Shown here: positions 1 through 10,055 of the stretch, piece by piece
Layout of the letters: every line of letters begins with the position of its first letter
Position numbering within the stretch: position 1 is the stretch's first letter
Origin: Candidatus Bathyarchaeia archaeon
Lineage (GTDB): Archaea; Thermoproteota; Bathyarchaeia; 40CM-2-53-6
DNA: 64,000 nucleotides
Direction of reading: 5' to 3'
NCBI GenBank assembly: GCA_049517415.1
Contig: JBEKSC010000013.1
Coordinates: 1 to 64,000, forward strand
Position numbers and translations under genes: made by a program
The notes under the pieces: generated by a model
What the model saw: the letters and a program-made list of their open reading frames with translations, nothing else
The model's database searches: none
Told to the model about the DNA's origin: nothing

Positions 1-237
1 CTTGGCAGCTTCAACCCCTAGTTGCCTCGAATGGCCCATCGACCCACTTGGGTCAATGATTATCTTGATTCCATGCCGCCTTGCGATGTCGTGCGTGGAA
101 TCCTTTGATTGACCATCTACGATCAAGATTTCTCTTGGTTCTTGATTTATTGCGGAGCTGAGACATTTCTCGAGGGTTCGCTGCGAATTCTTTGTCAGTA
201 TGACGACGGACACGTCGGAGGTGTTACCTTTGGTCAT
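1..237 (-). CDS. GT2 glycosyltransferase, 5' part (runs off window)
   Basis: Hand translation from ATG at 237: MTKGNTSDVSVVILTKNSQRTLEKCLSS...EILIVDGQSKDST, a typical GT-A N-terminus; absent from the ORF track. Confidence 0.85.
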   Translation of the reverse strand, partial: MTKGNTSDVSVVILTKNSQRTLEKCLSSAINQEPREILIVDGQSKDSTHDIARRHGIKIIIDPSGSMGHSRQLGVEAAK

Positions 238-295
238 GCAATTTCACCGCAGCTTTCCTATTTCCGAGTTACTTCACCAGTCACCTAAGGTCGCT

Positions 296-2482
296 TTATT
301 CGTGACACAGACCAGCCCATTTCACCCAATCCAAAGTTCTTCGTGAGCCCTCGACGAACATCGAGCGTGGTTTCCATTGGAGGGCGGTCCTAGCCATTTT
401 AGCGGAGAGCACTGTATGACAGGTTGCGATCTCATAGAGAGATTTGTCCATTGTTTGATATTTGACGAGTGCCGCGCTTGGATCACCTAGGGAAATTTGT
501 TTGGCTGACGTTAGATCGGTCACTAACTCTGCTCTCTTCTGGCCCTTCACTAGTTTCGAGCCCAGCACTAGGATCACTGGGACTCTTGCCAGTAGAACCG
601 CAAATTCGCGTGATCTGAGGACGCTTAGACACGCGGTCAACGAATCAGAACAAAGCAGAAGCATTTTCTTCAGTCGCAGGACGCCTAAACTTCCGTTAGG
701 AAGAGTCTTAGCCGGTGTGTTGCACATATTGGACAATTGCATGACATAATCGCGCCATGAAATGATTTCTTGGTCATTGTTAATTATCAGCGCTTTGCCA
801 TTGGCTTTGTCGGACTCGATTGCGCATAATATTGCGTCAACGACATCATCGACATATACGAGATTTGCGACTGCAGCACCGTTAACTAGAGTTGCGCTTT
901 CATGCATTAGGCGATGAACGATGTTGATTACCCACTCAACAGAGTAGGGACCATAAATGAGCGTGGGTCTTAGGATAACTACTGGGACTTGGTGAGCATG
1001 GTCCATGACAAGTTTCTCTGAGGCCATCTTGCCTTTGACGTATGCGGTGCTGGATCTCTTGGACTTGAATCCGCAGGACTCATCGATCAAGTCGCTATCG
1101 TGCTTAAACCCGTGGACCGCGGCGCTACTTAGATGGATTAATTTCCGGACAGCGTTTTTCTGCGCTGCTTCTAGCAGGTTCTCTATACCGCGGCTGTATA
1201 GAGCCATCTGCGTCCTTGAATCACCAGATGTGTCCTTAGCACAGTTGATTACGATATCACAACCTGCAACGGCCTTCATGACTTGGTCTCTGTCCAGCAG
1301 GTCACAGTCGAATAGTTCAACCGGGAGCCTGGCGAGTCTGACCGCTCGCTGGGGTCTATGAACTGTTGCTCTAACACTGAGATTCAGACTCAGACTTAGT
1401 TTCTCGACCAATCTCGTGCCAAGAAAACCTGAGGCACCAACGACAAGAATTTTCTTATCAGGTAAGTTTACTCGTCTTACGTCTAGTGGGGTGGAATTCT
1501 CCCACGGGTAAGTCAAGTTCCGTCGATTGGCATAGCATTCTTCAACGAACTGAAGACTGTGAAGGGAGTCTTCACCTGCAAGGCGTTTGTCGTTGGTCTT
1601 GTTTATGAAAGACCTTATCTGATCTGTAAAATAGGACGCATATGATCGCGTCCCGGTTTTTCCAATCCTTTGGCACAACTCACCTATGCGCAGATAGACG
1701 CCTGTCAGATCTGACTGACGAACTTCCAAGGAACATTGATCGCCTATGACAACCAGCTTGTTGGCCAAATTCCTAGTGTAACTTAGTTTTGCCGAGCATG
1801 GAATTTCATTTTGATTCCAACTGATTAGAGATTCTATCTCACAGTTTGACTCTATCCCAGCAAGGCCGTCATCTCTGTATGAGAGCAGTCTCAGATCACT
1901 ACCAAACAACCATATTAGAAGATCAATCGAGTGAATTCCGACGTCAATTAGTACGCCACCCCCTGAGAATTCTTTGCGGAGGAAGTTCGAGGATTTGAAA
2001 GGCCAAGTAATGGGATGCCCTTCTTCATACTCGATTTCCTTAATCTTTCCAAGGACCCCGCGTTCCAAGATCGTGCGCGCTATCCCGTAGCTGTCGAATT
2101 GACGTCTGACCAGATTCACAGCCAGACGAGCACCAGAGCGTTTGCTCGCGGCAATCATTTCAATTGCGTGCGGGCTGTTGTCGGCAATCGGCTTTTCGCA
2201 TAGAACATCGCGACCTGCCTTTAAGAAATCGATTGAGACCTTGGAGTGCAAGTAATTGGGAACCGCCACTATTGCTGCTTCGACCTTCGCTACTATGTCT
2301 CCGTAGTCTCTTGCAGCATTTCCGTGTCCGTATTGTTTGCATGCTTCGTCTGCGGCAGCAAGGTTCGGATCCACAAACCATTCGACCGTGCAGTCGGGAA
2401 TCTGGCCAAGTGCCGGAATGATATACTGTTGACTCACTGCTCCGCAACCAACAAGAGCGACTTTGACCACCAGAGTTGTCAT
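296..2482 (-). CDS. Gfo/Idh/MocA oxidoreductase fused to NAD-dependent epimerase/dehydratase
   Basis: N-half GCGAVS, CEKP, GGGVLIDVGIH; C-half GASGFLG, SSAAV, YVKGK (YxxxK), LRPTLIYGP. Confidence 0.85.
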   Translation of the reverse strand: MTTLVVKVALVGCGAVSQQYIIPALGQIPDCTVEWFVDPNLAAADEACKQYGHGNAARDYGDIVAKVEAAIVAVPNYLHSKVSIDFLKAGRDVLCEKPIADNSPHAIEMIAASKRSGARLAVNLVRRQFDSYGIARTILERGVLGKIKEIEYEEGHPITWPFKSSNFLRKEFSGGGVLIDVGIHSIDLLIWLFGSDLRLLSYRDDGLAGIESNCEIESLISWNQNEIPCSAKLSYTRNLANKLVVIGDQCSLEVRQSDLTGVYLRIGELCQRIGKTGTRSYASYFTDQIRSFINKTNDKRLAGEDSLHSLQFVEECYANRRNLTYPWENSTPLDVRRVNLPDKKILVVGASGFLGTRLVEKLSLSLNLSVRATVHRPQRAVRLARLPVELFDCDLLDRDQVMKAVAGCDIVINCAKDTSGDSRTQMALYSRGIENLLEAAQKNAVRKLIHLSSAAVHGFKHDSDLIDESCGFKSKRSSTAYVKGKMASEKLVMDHAHQVPVVILRPTLIYGPYSVEWVINIVHRLMHESATLVNGAAVANLVYVDDVVDAILCAIESDKANGKALIINNDQEIISWRDYVMQLSNMCNTPAKTLPNGSLGVLRLKKMLLLCSDSLTACLSVLRSREFAVLLARVPVILVLGSKLVKGQKRAELVTDLTSAKQISLGDPSAALVKYQTMDKSLYEIATCHTVLSAKMARTALQWKPRSMFVEGSRRTLDWVKWAGLCHE

Positions 2483-2576
2483 CCTTCCGCGCGTGGATAC
2501 TGATTATCGGTTTCCATGATTAGCCGGGTCAGGTTCCGCCCGGAGTCAACCGCTCCCATGGCAATCCGCAGACATT

Positions 2577-3785
2577 TCAGGTGTGAACCTTATGAACGTA
2601 ATTGGACACGTCGATCACGTATAATTGCCTGGTGCCCTCATGAATCGAGTCGAAGCATATCTGCGTACCCGGTCTATCCCATCGAGGGTGGAGATCGCAA
2701 CGAATCTCCTTAGTGAACGTGGGCGATGAGTAGAATCGTCCGAGGATGATTTGCGGACCATTCTCCCAACGGAATAGTTTCAGTGTACGATGGTTTGTCC
2801 TGTCTGGGTATGTATCTGTAACAATCCATTCTCTGTCGGGAGAGAAACTACAATGTCCATCTTCCGTAAGAACCCCGTCGGCAATTGATCTCCACTGATC
2901 TTTGGCAACGAGATAGAAGTTTGAGTGATCGCCCCTCTTAGCCCACATGAGAATTTCGCTAGGGCTACGCCAATCATAATGTGATACATTCCCAAACCCA
3001 GTAAGACACTGCAGGTCCGATCCGTCGGTTTTCGCAGTGAACATAATTGCTCCCCCTCTCTCTAGTTTCTTGAGTTTCCATATCCTCATCCATTTCGGAA
3101 AGAGTGGACCCGACCACTGAATGAGAAATGCAAATCGACTATCATCGGTGTTGTAAGCTACGTGATTAAAACAAACTGGATATTTCTTCATCTCTTCTAT
3201 TCTTCCTCCAAGAGTAGCGAAGACATCTGCTAAAGAGACCACAGGCCACTGCTCATCGCTTTCCAAATCAATCGAGTAGATGCTCTCTTCCAGAGGATGA
3301 AGTTTTCCGGCGTATACATCATCTACGCCTGCATAACCGTAATCTCTCCTCACCCCCCATTGCAGACGACTAAAGTTTAGACTTAAGGCACGCTTGCCGC
3401 TTTTGCTGATTGCCGCAATGGGGCGCGTCAACGTTCGATGTTCCCTCGTGTGCACGTTCAGAATAACTGACATGAAGCAATTCGCTTGACGATCGTTAAA
3501 GATGATTTCCGACTTTGGTGCTGTAGGCAACCAATGCATCATTGATGCTTGTTGAAAGTTCCATGCACGTGTGTCCGCCAATGGGATGAACCTTCCGCTT
3601 GAACATTCGACAACACCCACAGTCGCCTTGTCTTCTGGACTGGGCATATGATCCTGAAATGGAACTTCCAAACAGAGCAGATATGTTCCGTCTGCATTCC
3701 ATGGCTGAATTGCATAATACCCGAAGAAGTGGTTCATTGGGCCAGATGTAACTGCTCGAACAATGGGATCATTACGCGTCGACAT
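2577..3785 (-). CDS. TolB-like/oligogalacturonate-lyase-like beta-propeller protein
   Basis: FFGYY, AWNFQQ, DGHCSFSPD, TDTYPD, RCDLHPRW motifs, as seen in polysaccharide-cluster propeller proteins. Confidence 0.65.
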   Translation of the reverse strand: MSTRNDPIVRAVTSGPMNHFFGYYAIQPWNADGTYLLCLEVPFQDHMPSPEDKATVGVVECSSGRFIPLADTRAWNFQQASMMHWLPTAPKSEIIFNDRQANCFMSVILNVHTREHRTLTRPIAAISKSGKRALSLNFSRLQWGVRRDYGYAGVDDVYAGKLHPLEESIYSIDLESDEQWPVVSLADVFATLGGRIEEMKKYPVCFNHVAYNTDDSRFAFLIQWSGPLFPKWMRIWKLKKLERGGAIMFTAKTDGSDLQCLTGFGNVSHYDWRSPSEILMWAKRGDHSNFYLVAKDQWRSIADGVLTEDGHCSFSPDREWIVTDTYPDRTNHRTLKLFRWENGPQIILGRFYSSPTFTKEIRCDLHPRWDRPGTQICFDSIHEGTRQLYVIDVSNYVHKVHT

Positions 3786-3808
3786 GATGCTATTCCAAAC
3801 AAACTGCT

Positions 3809-3955
3809 CTAATAAAATGAGGATTCATGTAACCGTCTATATATATTGAGTAGTCTACCCGCCATCGTTTCCCGGTTGAAACCCTTTGTCATACTGCAAT
3901 ACTCCTCGGGGTTCAGTGCATGATCTAGGCCGTTCTTCATGGCATCCTCATTCAT
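3809..3955 (-). pseudogene. Possible C-terminal remnant of a GT4 glycosyltransferase
   Basis: ...FNRETMAGRLLNIYRRL resembles the terminal helix of GT-B enzymes; no N-terminal domain present. Confidence 0.35.
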
Positions 3956-3975
3956 CTTGGACGTGATAGCGGCGT

Positions 3976-4617
3976 TTACCTGTACGACATCAATTGGGAT
4001 AGCAGCAGAATCGATTGCTTGCAGTGTGTGGTCCCACGTGACAGAGGCCGTGCCCAGTGACTCCTTCCAAACATTCTTGGCTTGATATTTATTGGGACCT
4101 CGCTTATCCTTGCTCCTTGCCTCCACGCTTCGAGAACTAGGCTTCCACAGAGGCAGAACCCCCAAAGTGAAATCTGATGCGCCAAGTCTTTTCTAAACGC
4201 CCTGAAACCTGTCCCAACGTCCTCGCATCTCACACGAAGGCGGGTAATGTGAGATATGACACATTCTGATAGAGGGGGGCATTGATCCCTCTTGCCCAAA
4301 ACAAGGTCGGCAAGATCTCTAATGACAGGCTCAACGATAACTGGAATTTCAGACGGGTTGTGCTGGCCATCGGCATCCAGCGTGACAATGATGTCTCCAC
4401 ACGCCGACCTAAGACCTAGTTCAGTACTCCGTACAATTCCCATTTGCAAATTGTTATGAATCACGCGAGCTCCGGCAGCCATTGAAACGGCGGAGGTCGA
4501 ATCTGTGCTTCCGTCATCAATTACAATGACCTCTGTGCAATACTGCTTACAACATCGAACTACATCGCCGACGGTCCGTGCTTCGTTGTTCGCTGGAATT
4601 ACAGCAGATATCCTCAC
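3976..4617 (-). CDS. GT2 glycosyltransferase, DPM1-like
   Basis: VIPANNE, IDDGSTD, LDADGQH, GFRAF. Confidence 0.9.
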   Translation of the reverse strand: MRISAVIPANNEARTVGDVVRCCKQYCTEVIVIDDGSTDSTSAVSMAAGARVIHNNLQMGIVRSTELGLRSACGDIIVTLDADGQHNPSEIPVIVEPVIRDLADLVLGKRDQCPPLSECVISHITRLRVRCEDVGTGFRAFRKDLAHQISLWGFCLCGSLVLEAWRQGARISEVPINIKPRMFGRSHWARPLSRGTTHCKQSILLLSQLMSYR

Positions 4618-5003
4618 CGTCTCACCATCGAGAGCTCCTGCTTGTCAAGACACTTTGCCGTAATTGTGTTTCTCCGCCTTCCCGCAGTCAAGTCGATACA
4701 AAGAGAGTGTGGAGGCGAGGTATTCCTGTGTTTGGCGGCTGGATCACGAGCCTCACCAAGTCTCTTGTAGACCTCTACCAAACCTTTGCGTGCTTGAAAT
4801 GAAAGCGATTTGGCTTTCTTGAGAACTTTCGACCGCGATCTCTCTCGCTTTTGTCAAGTTGCTGTATACTGTGCTTTGGCCCATTCTGGAGCTTCCCCTC
4901 CGCCACTTGTCTGATCAATTACCCTGGTACATGACGAGCATGATGTAGGTTCCAACGAGGGAAATAGCATGGATGCTTGAGCATGAAATTCTGTTGATTG
5001 CTC

Positions 5004-5918
5004 TTAACCAGAAGGAGTTTCGTCGCTCAGCACTTTGGCCTTCAATCCTTTAATGTAAATCGAAAGACCTTGTTCGAACGAGGTTTGTGGCGCCCAACCA
5101 AGCACAGATTTTGCCTTCTCGATATTGGTCCTGACGCCAGCAAAATCACCAGGCCTTGGAGGTTCGTGCTTGATTGGAAAGGCACCTAATTTCTTTGTGA
5201 GCATTTCAACGATGCTTGATATGGTGACGAATTCCGTGCCTGCGATGTTAATGATTTGTTTGCTCGCAGCCTGATTTATGGCCAAGTAATGTGCCTCTGC
5301 TAGATCAGTTACGAAGACCCAGCAGCGGCCTTGCTTTCCGTCACCAAAGATGGTGATCGGCTCTTTGTTCATGGCCCTTCTGACAAATGCAGCTATCGCC
5401 ATGTTCCCTCGCATTCTTGGACCGTACGGTATGTCATACCGCAATATTGTGTAGGGCAAGGAATGCGTCTGCCCCCAGGAGCAGACAAGGTGTTCTTGAC
5501 CAATCTTTGTCTTAGTGTAGAGATCGCCAGGTATTGGCAATGGTGTGTCCTCAGTTACGGCCTCACTTGCCTTACCATACACCCAGACGCTTGAAGCCAG
5601 AATGAACCGTTCCACTTCACGGCCAGAGCAGGCTTGAAGCAGTTTCAGCGTACCGAGTTCGTTCACGCTAAGACAAAGCTGAGGATCTGTTGAGGCCACG
5701 TTGACATCTGCCACCGCTGCAAGGTGAAAGACTGTTTCGACGTCCTGCAACGCTTCGTAAACATCATCATTCGAGAGGAGGTCTCCTTGGAACCAGTCCA
5801 CATCAGGTCGGAGTGGTCGCGTTTTATCCAGTACCCTCACAGTAAGCCCCTTGGCAACCAAGGTGTCCGTCACATGACTACCGATAAAGCCTGACCCACC
5901 CGTGACTAGGACAACCAA
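5004..5918 (-). CDS. NAD-dependent nucleotide-sugar epimerase/dehydratase
   Basis: TGGSGFIG, HLAA, YTKTK, FGDGKQGR. Confidence 0.9.
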   Translation of the reverse strand: MVVLVTGGSGFIGSHVTDTLVAKGLTVRVLDKTRPLRPDVDWFQGDLLSNDDVYEALQDVETVFHLAAVADVNVASTDPQLCLSVNELGTLKLLQACSGREVERFILASSVWVYGKASEAVTEDTPLPIPGDLYTKTKIGQEHLVCSWGQTHSLPYTILRYDIPYGPRMRGNMAIAAFVRRAMNKEPITIFGDGKQGRCWVFVTDLAEAHYLAINQAASKQIINIAGTEFVTISSIVEMLTKKLGAFPIKHEPPRPGDFAGVRTNIEKAKSVLGWAPQTSFEQGLSIYIKGLKAKVLSDETPSG

Positions 5919-5925
5919 GGTTCAG

Positions 5926-7086
5926 TCAACCCATTAGCTTACTCAACTGTTCTTGGGTCACATCAATTACCGTATTAACTTCTTGGCTCGTCATCTGACT
6001 GAAAATTGGTGGATTCACCATTCGTTGACATAGGTCGTCAGCGGTCTCAAAACGAGCTCCGTGTTGTAGATAGCTCTTGAAGGCGGGTTGCATATGCAAA
6101 GGAGGCCAGTAGACTTCTCCACCGTAGATCACTCCTCGTTTTCTGCAATTTGCCTTGAACTCGTCTCTGTTGATGTTCTTAGGAAGAAGGTACGTGTATT
6201 TGTAGTAGTTGTTCAATTGATTTGGAGGGGTCACCACACGTTCAATTCCTAGCTTCTCAAGGGTCATGTCGTACGCCTTTGCAATCGCATTCCGCTTTTG
6301 AATGAAGTCGGAAAGGTGGCGAAGTTGCACTAGGCCGGTGGCGGCGCAGATTTCCGGCATTCGCCAATTGTATCCTAAACGAACGATTCGATTGCTACTG
6401 AAACTTTCCTTGCCCTGATCTCTCATAATTCGAGAGAACTCGGCGACTTCTTCATTGTTCGTGGTTATCATGCCACCTTCCCCAGATGTGATTATTTTAG
6501 TTGGATAGAAGCTGAAAGCTCCGGCCGACCCCAAAGTACCTGCTTTTTTGTTTCCAATCATAGAACCATGGGCGTGTGCCGCGTCTTCTACCAGGAACAA
6601 GCCTTTCTTGTCACACAGTTCTCGTATGCCTTCAATATCAGGACAGATTAGGCCTCCTATATGCACGGCGATAACCCCTTTTGTATTGGGAGTTAGAGCC
6701 CGTCTTACAATATCTGAGTCAATCGTTAGGCCGTCACGACTGACATCCGTTATGATTGGCGTTCCACCGGCAAACACTACGGCCGCGGCGGTGGCACCGA
6801 AAGTATTCGTAGGAAGTATGACTTCACCGGCGCTCTTCAAACCCAATGCGCGAAGAGCGATCTCAAGTGCACTGGTTCCTGAGTTCACAGCCACTGCGTG
6901 TGGTGCGTTGACGAATTTCGCGAACTCGCTTTCAAATTTCTTCGTATACGCGCCGAGTGTAAGCATACCTGAGGCAAGTATCTGCTCCAGATCCCCCTTG
7001 AGTTCATCTATGTCAGTTTGTGGGAAGAATGGCTTCGCTGGGGGTATGAGATTCTGAGCTTGGGGTCTTGCTGATTCTTGAACCAA
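5926..7086 (-). CDS. DegT/DnrJ/EryC1/StrS PLP-dependent sugar aminotransferase
   Basis: NSGTSAL, EDAAHAHG, SFYPTK, GEGG, GYNWRM. Confidence 0.95.
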   Translation of the reverse strand: MVQESARPQAQNLIPPAKPFFPQTDIDELKGDLEQILASGMLTLGAYTKKFESEFAKFVNAPHAVAVNSGTSALEIALRALGLKSAGEVILPTNTFGATAAAVVFAGGTPIITDVSRDGLTIDSDIVRRALTPNTKGVIAVHIGGLICPDIEGIRELCDKKGLFLVEDAAHAHGSMIGNKKAGTLGSAGAFSFYPTKIITSGEGGMITTNNEEVAEFSRIMRDQGKESFSSNRIVRLGYNWRMPEICAATGLVQLRHLSDFIQKRNAIAKAYDMTLEKLGIERVVTPPNQLNNYYKYTYLLPKNINRDEFKANCRKRGVIYGGEVYWPPLHMQPAFKSYLQHGARFETADDLCQRMVNPPIFSQMTSQEVNTVIDVTQEQLSKLMG

Positions 7087-7146
7087 TGAGCCAACCCTTG
7101 CTATACATCGGCCGTGCGCTAGAAAAGCTGATCGTTATCGTGTATA

Positions 7147-8433
7147 CTAGAAGGCGCGCTGGGTTTTTCCAGCGCCGCGTTCAAGAGTTTGCGAGGTATC
7201 TTCATCCGGTGCTCTGCTAGCAAGCAAGTCATAAACGGCCTTCTCTAGCACTTGGGAATTAACCCTCCAATCCGCTCTGTTCTTCGCAACTTGAAGGTTC
7301 CCCTTTCCCATATGCGATCTCAGCTCTTCGTCGCGAAGAACCGTGATGAGATATTTGGCAAGAGTCACGCTATCTCCAGGATTCACCAGGAAGCCATTCT
7401 CTCCGTGAACAACCCATTCCTCATTCGCTGGTATTCTGGTCACCACGACCGGCAACCCACATGCCATTGCCTCCATAAGGGAGGCAGACGAACCATCTGA
7501 AAACGAAGTGGAGACATACACATCGGCTGCGTTGAGAATTTCAGGAAGCAGGTGATTTGCGACGTTTCCCATGAATTCAACTTGATTCCCAATCCCGAGA
7601 CGCCGTACGAGAGACTTGTGGTATTCGAGCAGGGGACCATCTCCAATCACAAGCAGCTTCACATCGTTCATTCTAGCAAGAACAAGCGGCATCGCTCGGA
7701 TTAGGTACTCAACACCGTAGATGGGGAGCTGTCTCCTGGTACTTACTACTATCTTCTCGTGCAACCGGCCGAAGTGTGCCCTTACTCGTTTTGTTTTCTT
7801 GTGTCTGAAATGGTGGAGGTCTATCCCCCACGGGAAGCAGTATATCTTCGACGATCTGCAGCCCATACTCAGAATCGCTCTTCTTTGGATCTCACTGTCC
7901 ACTATCACGCCATCTGCCACCCGAAGCGTGAAGCGAGCGAGCACTCGCAGAATCAGCGACCTTTTTGCCTCGACAAGAATATCACTACCCCACGCCACGG
8001 CCAAGAAGGGATGATAGCCTGCAAGGGCACAATAGAGACCGCTATCCCGGGTGATCCAGTTTCCGATCACAATATTCGGACGGAGAGTGCGCACTAGAAA
8101 AGCAACACCCATGGCGCGTTCCAAGATTTCGAGAAGAAATCTTACAGGTAGCGGAACATATCTCGGAAGAGGCAAATCACGAAGGTGGACCAGAGTTGTA
8201 CCTTCCGGAGCGATTTTCTCCCCCGACTGCTTGTCAGAACGACTGAATACAGCCACAATGACATCGTGCTTCCTTGACATTATCTCCAAGAAACGATATT
8301 CGAAAGGACTAAAGCACGGCGGACCCGATGCAATTAGCTCACTACCTTGTCTTGATCTACAATGATAGAAATACAGAATCTTGTCTCTTGATCTTGTTGC
8401 CGAAGAATGGCTTGCAATGTCTTTCTTAGACAT
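7147..8433 (-). CDS. GT4 glycosyltransferase
   Basis: AWGSD, GDGP, SDGSSASLMEAMACGLPVV, GENGFLV. Confidence 0.9.
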   Translation of the reverse strand: MSKKDIASHSSATRSRDKILYFYHCRSRQGSELIASGPPCFSPFEYRFLEIMSRKHDVIVAVFSRSDKQSGEKIAPEGTTLVHLRDLPLPRYVPLPVRFLLEILERAMGVAFLVRTLRPNIVIGNWITRDSGLYCALAGYHPFLAVAWGSDILVEAKRSLILRVLARFTLRVADGVIVDSEIQRRAILSMGCRSSKIYCFPWGIDLHHFRHKKTKRVRAHFGRLHEKIVVSTRRQLPIYGVEYLIRAMPLVLARMNDVKLLVIGDGPLLEYHKSLVRRLGIGNQVEFMGNVANHLLPEILNAADVYVSTSFSDGSSASLMEAMACGLPVVVTRIPANEEWVVHGENGFLVNPGDSVTLAKYLITVLRDEELRSHMGKGNLQVAKNRADWRVNSQVLEKAVYDLLASRAPDEDTSQTLERGAGKTQRAF

Positions 8434-8832
8434 GACTGAGTACGTCCTAGTGGATCAGGCCCTATGCGGACACCCTTCTCGTAAGAATCACAGCTGGGAG
8501 AAGGATTTATAGACTTTCAAGACGCGCGCAATCCTCGATTGAGTCTTTATCGATTAGTGAGAGCGCAGTTTTCCAAACGGCGTTCTGCCTATCCATGACC
8601 GAGTAGTATAGGTATATTGTGTCATTTCTAACGATAGGGCACGGTGTATCGAACCGAGCTGGCTTTTTGCATTCAGAATTTCTTTTCCCTCGGACGGGCC
8701 ATCAACAAGCACTGACTGAATCCACGCATTTTCTAAATATGCGCCTCTGTTGGCAGCAATCCGTATGTATGGATGAAAAGGAAAACCGACCGAGGCTGTT
8801 CCCATAGCAGGGACTAGGAAGTGGGTATCATT

Positions 8833-8889
8833 GAGAAGCGCTGCTGCAGCGTCATGATAGAAGCACGATATTCCAAGCGTGGCGGTCAT
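8833..8889 (-). pseudogene. N-terminal stub of a NodU/CmcH-family carbamoyltransferase
   Basis: MTATLGISCFYHDAAAALL matches the family N-terminus (LGIScfyHDsaAal); similarity stops after ~19 codons. Confidence 0.7.
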
Positions 8890-8900
8890 CGAAGCACCAT

Positions 8901-9929
8901 CTAGGTCAAGATGTCCGGACAGTGTGCTGTCAATGCATCTGAAATGCACTTGGCAATTACTCTATGACCAAATGGTGTGTAGTGCCAGTCTGCCGGAAAA
9001 CAGCACTTCTTCTGGTCACTGCGTGACAAGTGTTTGAAGTATGGCAGTAGATCTAGCACAAAGCAGGATTCGGCCGGATTCTGAAGTGCACTAAATCGCT
9101 CCATGTATGTCGGAGAGAGATTACCGATGAAGTGATAAGGGTTCGGGAGAGGAAAGATAAAGACGATCTTCCCGCGAACTTGATCAATAAATCTCTCAAT
9201 TATCGCACGCAGCAATTGCCAACCTGCACTCTTCTCGTCGTCGTAGCCATTAAACGGTCGTCCGAGAGCAAAAGAAATTCTCTGGACAGTATTTGAGCGT
9301 CGCATCCATTCCGGCATGATCAGAGAAGTCCGGAGAGCTAGCAGTCGCAAGAACCCTCCTCGTTTGAAGGCCTCTTGTTCTGAAATCGGTTCATTGGGAA
9401 CTGGTTGATTGTGTATGACGAGTCTACCGGTCTCAAGCGTAAAGTATGGCTTCGGTCTGTACCAAATCGTGTTGGTGCCCGGTTCCCTGGTTGGCAGCAC
9501 ATCAAGTTGGACTCGCTGAATATCTCCGACATAGACAGCCAAAATGTAAACATCAGCCTCAAAGGGCTTGGCCAATGTCTCATAGACCAGCAGTTGCTGA
9601 TCCGTCCCGCTTCCCGGGAGGCCGAAGTTAAGCACATCCAAATTAGGGTAGGATTTCTCTAGGAGATCACAGAAGCGAGCAGAATTCTCGACGCCATCGC
9701 CGGCGATGTATGAGTCACCTAATAGTACAATCCGGTGCCTCCCATTTTCCCGCGCAGTTGAGTATTCTCGATCTGAGCGCATGCCAAGCGAATTGGTCTG
9801 TAACAGGTAGGGCCCGCCTTCGTGTGGAACCATCCCCTTAAGATTCTGAATGAACCACCAACCGATTACTGGGTGATAGGCGACGCGTTGTCTATGCCTA
9901 CGTCTCATTATATTCATGGTGCTATTCAC
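8901..9929 (-). CDS. SGNH/GDSL hydrolase family protein
   Basis: LGDSY, NFGLPG, DWHY..GH catalytic blocks. Confidence 0.85.
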   Translation of the reverse strand: MNSTMNIMRRRHRQRVAYHPVIGWWFIQNLKGMVPHEGGPYLLQTNSLGMRSDREYSTARENGRHRIVLLGDSYIAGDGVENSARFCDLLEKSYPNLDVLNFGLPGSGTDQQLLVYETLAKPFEADVYILAVYVGDIQRVQLDVLPTREPGTNTIWYRPKPYFTLETGRLVIHNQPVPNEPISEQEAFKRGGFLRLLALRTSLIMPEWMRRSNTVQRISFALGRPFNGYDDEKSAGWQLLRAIIERFIDQVRGKIVFIFPLPNPYHFIGNLSPTYMERFSALQNPAESCFVLDLLPYFKHLSRSDQKKCCFPADWHYTPFGHRVIAKCISDALTAHCPDILT

Positions 9930-10055
9930 GAAATCTAGCTTGATGTGTCTCTCGCATTATCGTTTCGTGTCGGTTCGATTTTTCTCTGAATACGGGAAAG
10001 CAAGGGTTTTGATATCCGCGCCCGTGACCAACATCATTGCTCCCTGGAATTAGAC

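Noticed and set aside
4620..5000. Possible further glycosyltransferase relic (RKGLVEVYKRL on the minus strand)
   Set aside because: Match too short to support a call.
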